NCBI GenBank assembly: GCA_035708305.1
Contig: DASSSU010000018.1
Span: forward strand, 1 to 36,175
From: Minisyncoccota bacterium
GTDB lineage: Bacteria; Patescibacteriota; Minisyncoccia; Phycocordibacterales; DASSSU01
Reading direction: 5' to 3'
Length of the DNA stretch: 36,175 nt
Part shown: positions 35,734 to 36,175 of the stretch, piece by piece
Numbering within the stretch: position 1 is the stretch's first letter
Layout of the letters: every line of letters begins with the position of its first letter
The notes under the pieces: generated by a model
Database searches by the model: none
Told to the model about the DNA's origin: nothing
Seen by the model: the letters and a program-made list of their open reading frames with translations, nothing else
Translations under genes and position numbers: made by a program

Positions 35734-35885
35734 ATTCTAATATATTAGACGCGTTATTTTATAATCACTTACCTCCATTTCATGTCATCTGACCACGTCA
35801 GGTTTTGAGCCGTTCACGTGGATGCTTGCGAAACGTGAACACAGACAAGATACTTTCTCTCCGAAAATTCCTTAAATCATTCACG

Positions 35886-35920
35886 AAAAAAATCAAAAGC
35901 CCCGCATTGCAGCAGGGCTT
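35886..35920 (-). terminator. Rho-independent terminator (stem agccctgc/gcggggct with one mismatch, T-run on the minus strand)
   Basis: 19 nt downstream of the partial gene ending at 35939. Confidence 0.45.
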
Positions 35921-35938
35921 GTTGGAGTCACCAAGGAG

Positions 35939-36175
35939 TTAGAGATCAATTTCAGTTAATTCAGCAAGGTCATGCTTTCTGTATCCAATCCATTTAAAAT
36001 AACCGGGAAGATCATCCTTCCTCACGAAATTGTCTAAAAAACATCGTGTCTTGAAGTTGTATCGAAACACGCGATGAGGCGTAACAGTAGGGCAACCAAA
36101 CAATTGAAGTCCGTAGTCATCAGCAGCAACAAACTCATTTACCACCACCAACGAAGACACTCCGAATGCAAGCTC
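35939..36175 (-). CDS. Hypothetical protein, 5'-truncated by the window edge
   Basis: The ORF continues past position 36175 (...ELAFGVSSLVVVNEFVAADDYGLQLFGCPTVTPHRVF...). No confident family assignment. Confidence 0.35.
   Translation of the reverse strand, partial: ELAFGVSSLVVVNEFVAADDYGLQLFGCPTVTPHRVFRYNFKTRCFLDNFVRKDDLPGYFKWIGYRKHDLAELTEIDL

Overview
This 36 kb window looks like a compact, mostly minus-strand bacterial chromosome segment. Genes are densely packed and often overlap by 4 nt, and several proteins have a reduced or unusual architecture, which suggests a small-genome lineage. That lineage call, and the CPR/Patescibacteria-like label, is an inference only.

Housekeeping genes I recognise from the translations are valS, secA, murB, gyrA, rpsA and rnr, plus a glutaredoxin, an orphan response regulator, an SPFH protein, an S9 peptidase and an MBL hydrolase. 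I found no rRNA, convincing tRNA or CRISPR array.

Three regions stand out.

1. The first ~8.3 kb is visibly AT-richer than the rest of the window (roughly mid-30s % GC versus high-40s by eye). It is bounded by two perfect 116-bp inverted repeats (1..116 and 8161..8276), each followed by a GC-rich repetitive non-coding stretch. Inside are a valS lacking the C-terminal coiled-coil domain, a NodU/CmcH-type carbamoyltransferase, and a tightly overlapping four-gene minus-strand operon: XRE regulator, Rossmann dehydrogenase-like protein, a 758-aa protein with a C-terminal HAD-IIB phosphatase domain, and a P-loop kinase-like protein. I read this as an acquired small-molecule or sugar-modification cassette.

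2. At 17113..19027 there is a tandem array of five divergent paralogous small membrane proteins with two transmembrane helices. Three carry signal peptides. The array is co-oriented with an orphan family-1 solute-binding protein and a SAM-methyltransferase upstream. This is a candidate pilin-like (VirB2/TrbC-topology) or novel surface system.

3. A 20-nt core (GAAGTTTGTGGGCTTCACGA) recurs as the loop of two different terminator-like hairpins in opposite orientations. Nearby are a 28-bp perfect hairpin after murB and a promoter-plus-terminator pair that brackets a ~65-nt candidate sRNA.

Also notable are a 48-aa lysine/alanine-rich histone-H1-like ORF that the >=60-aa ORF track missed, and a 1297-aa secreted beta-helix/repeat surface protein.
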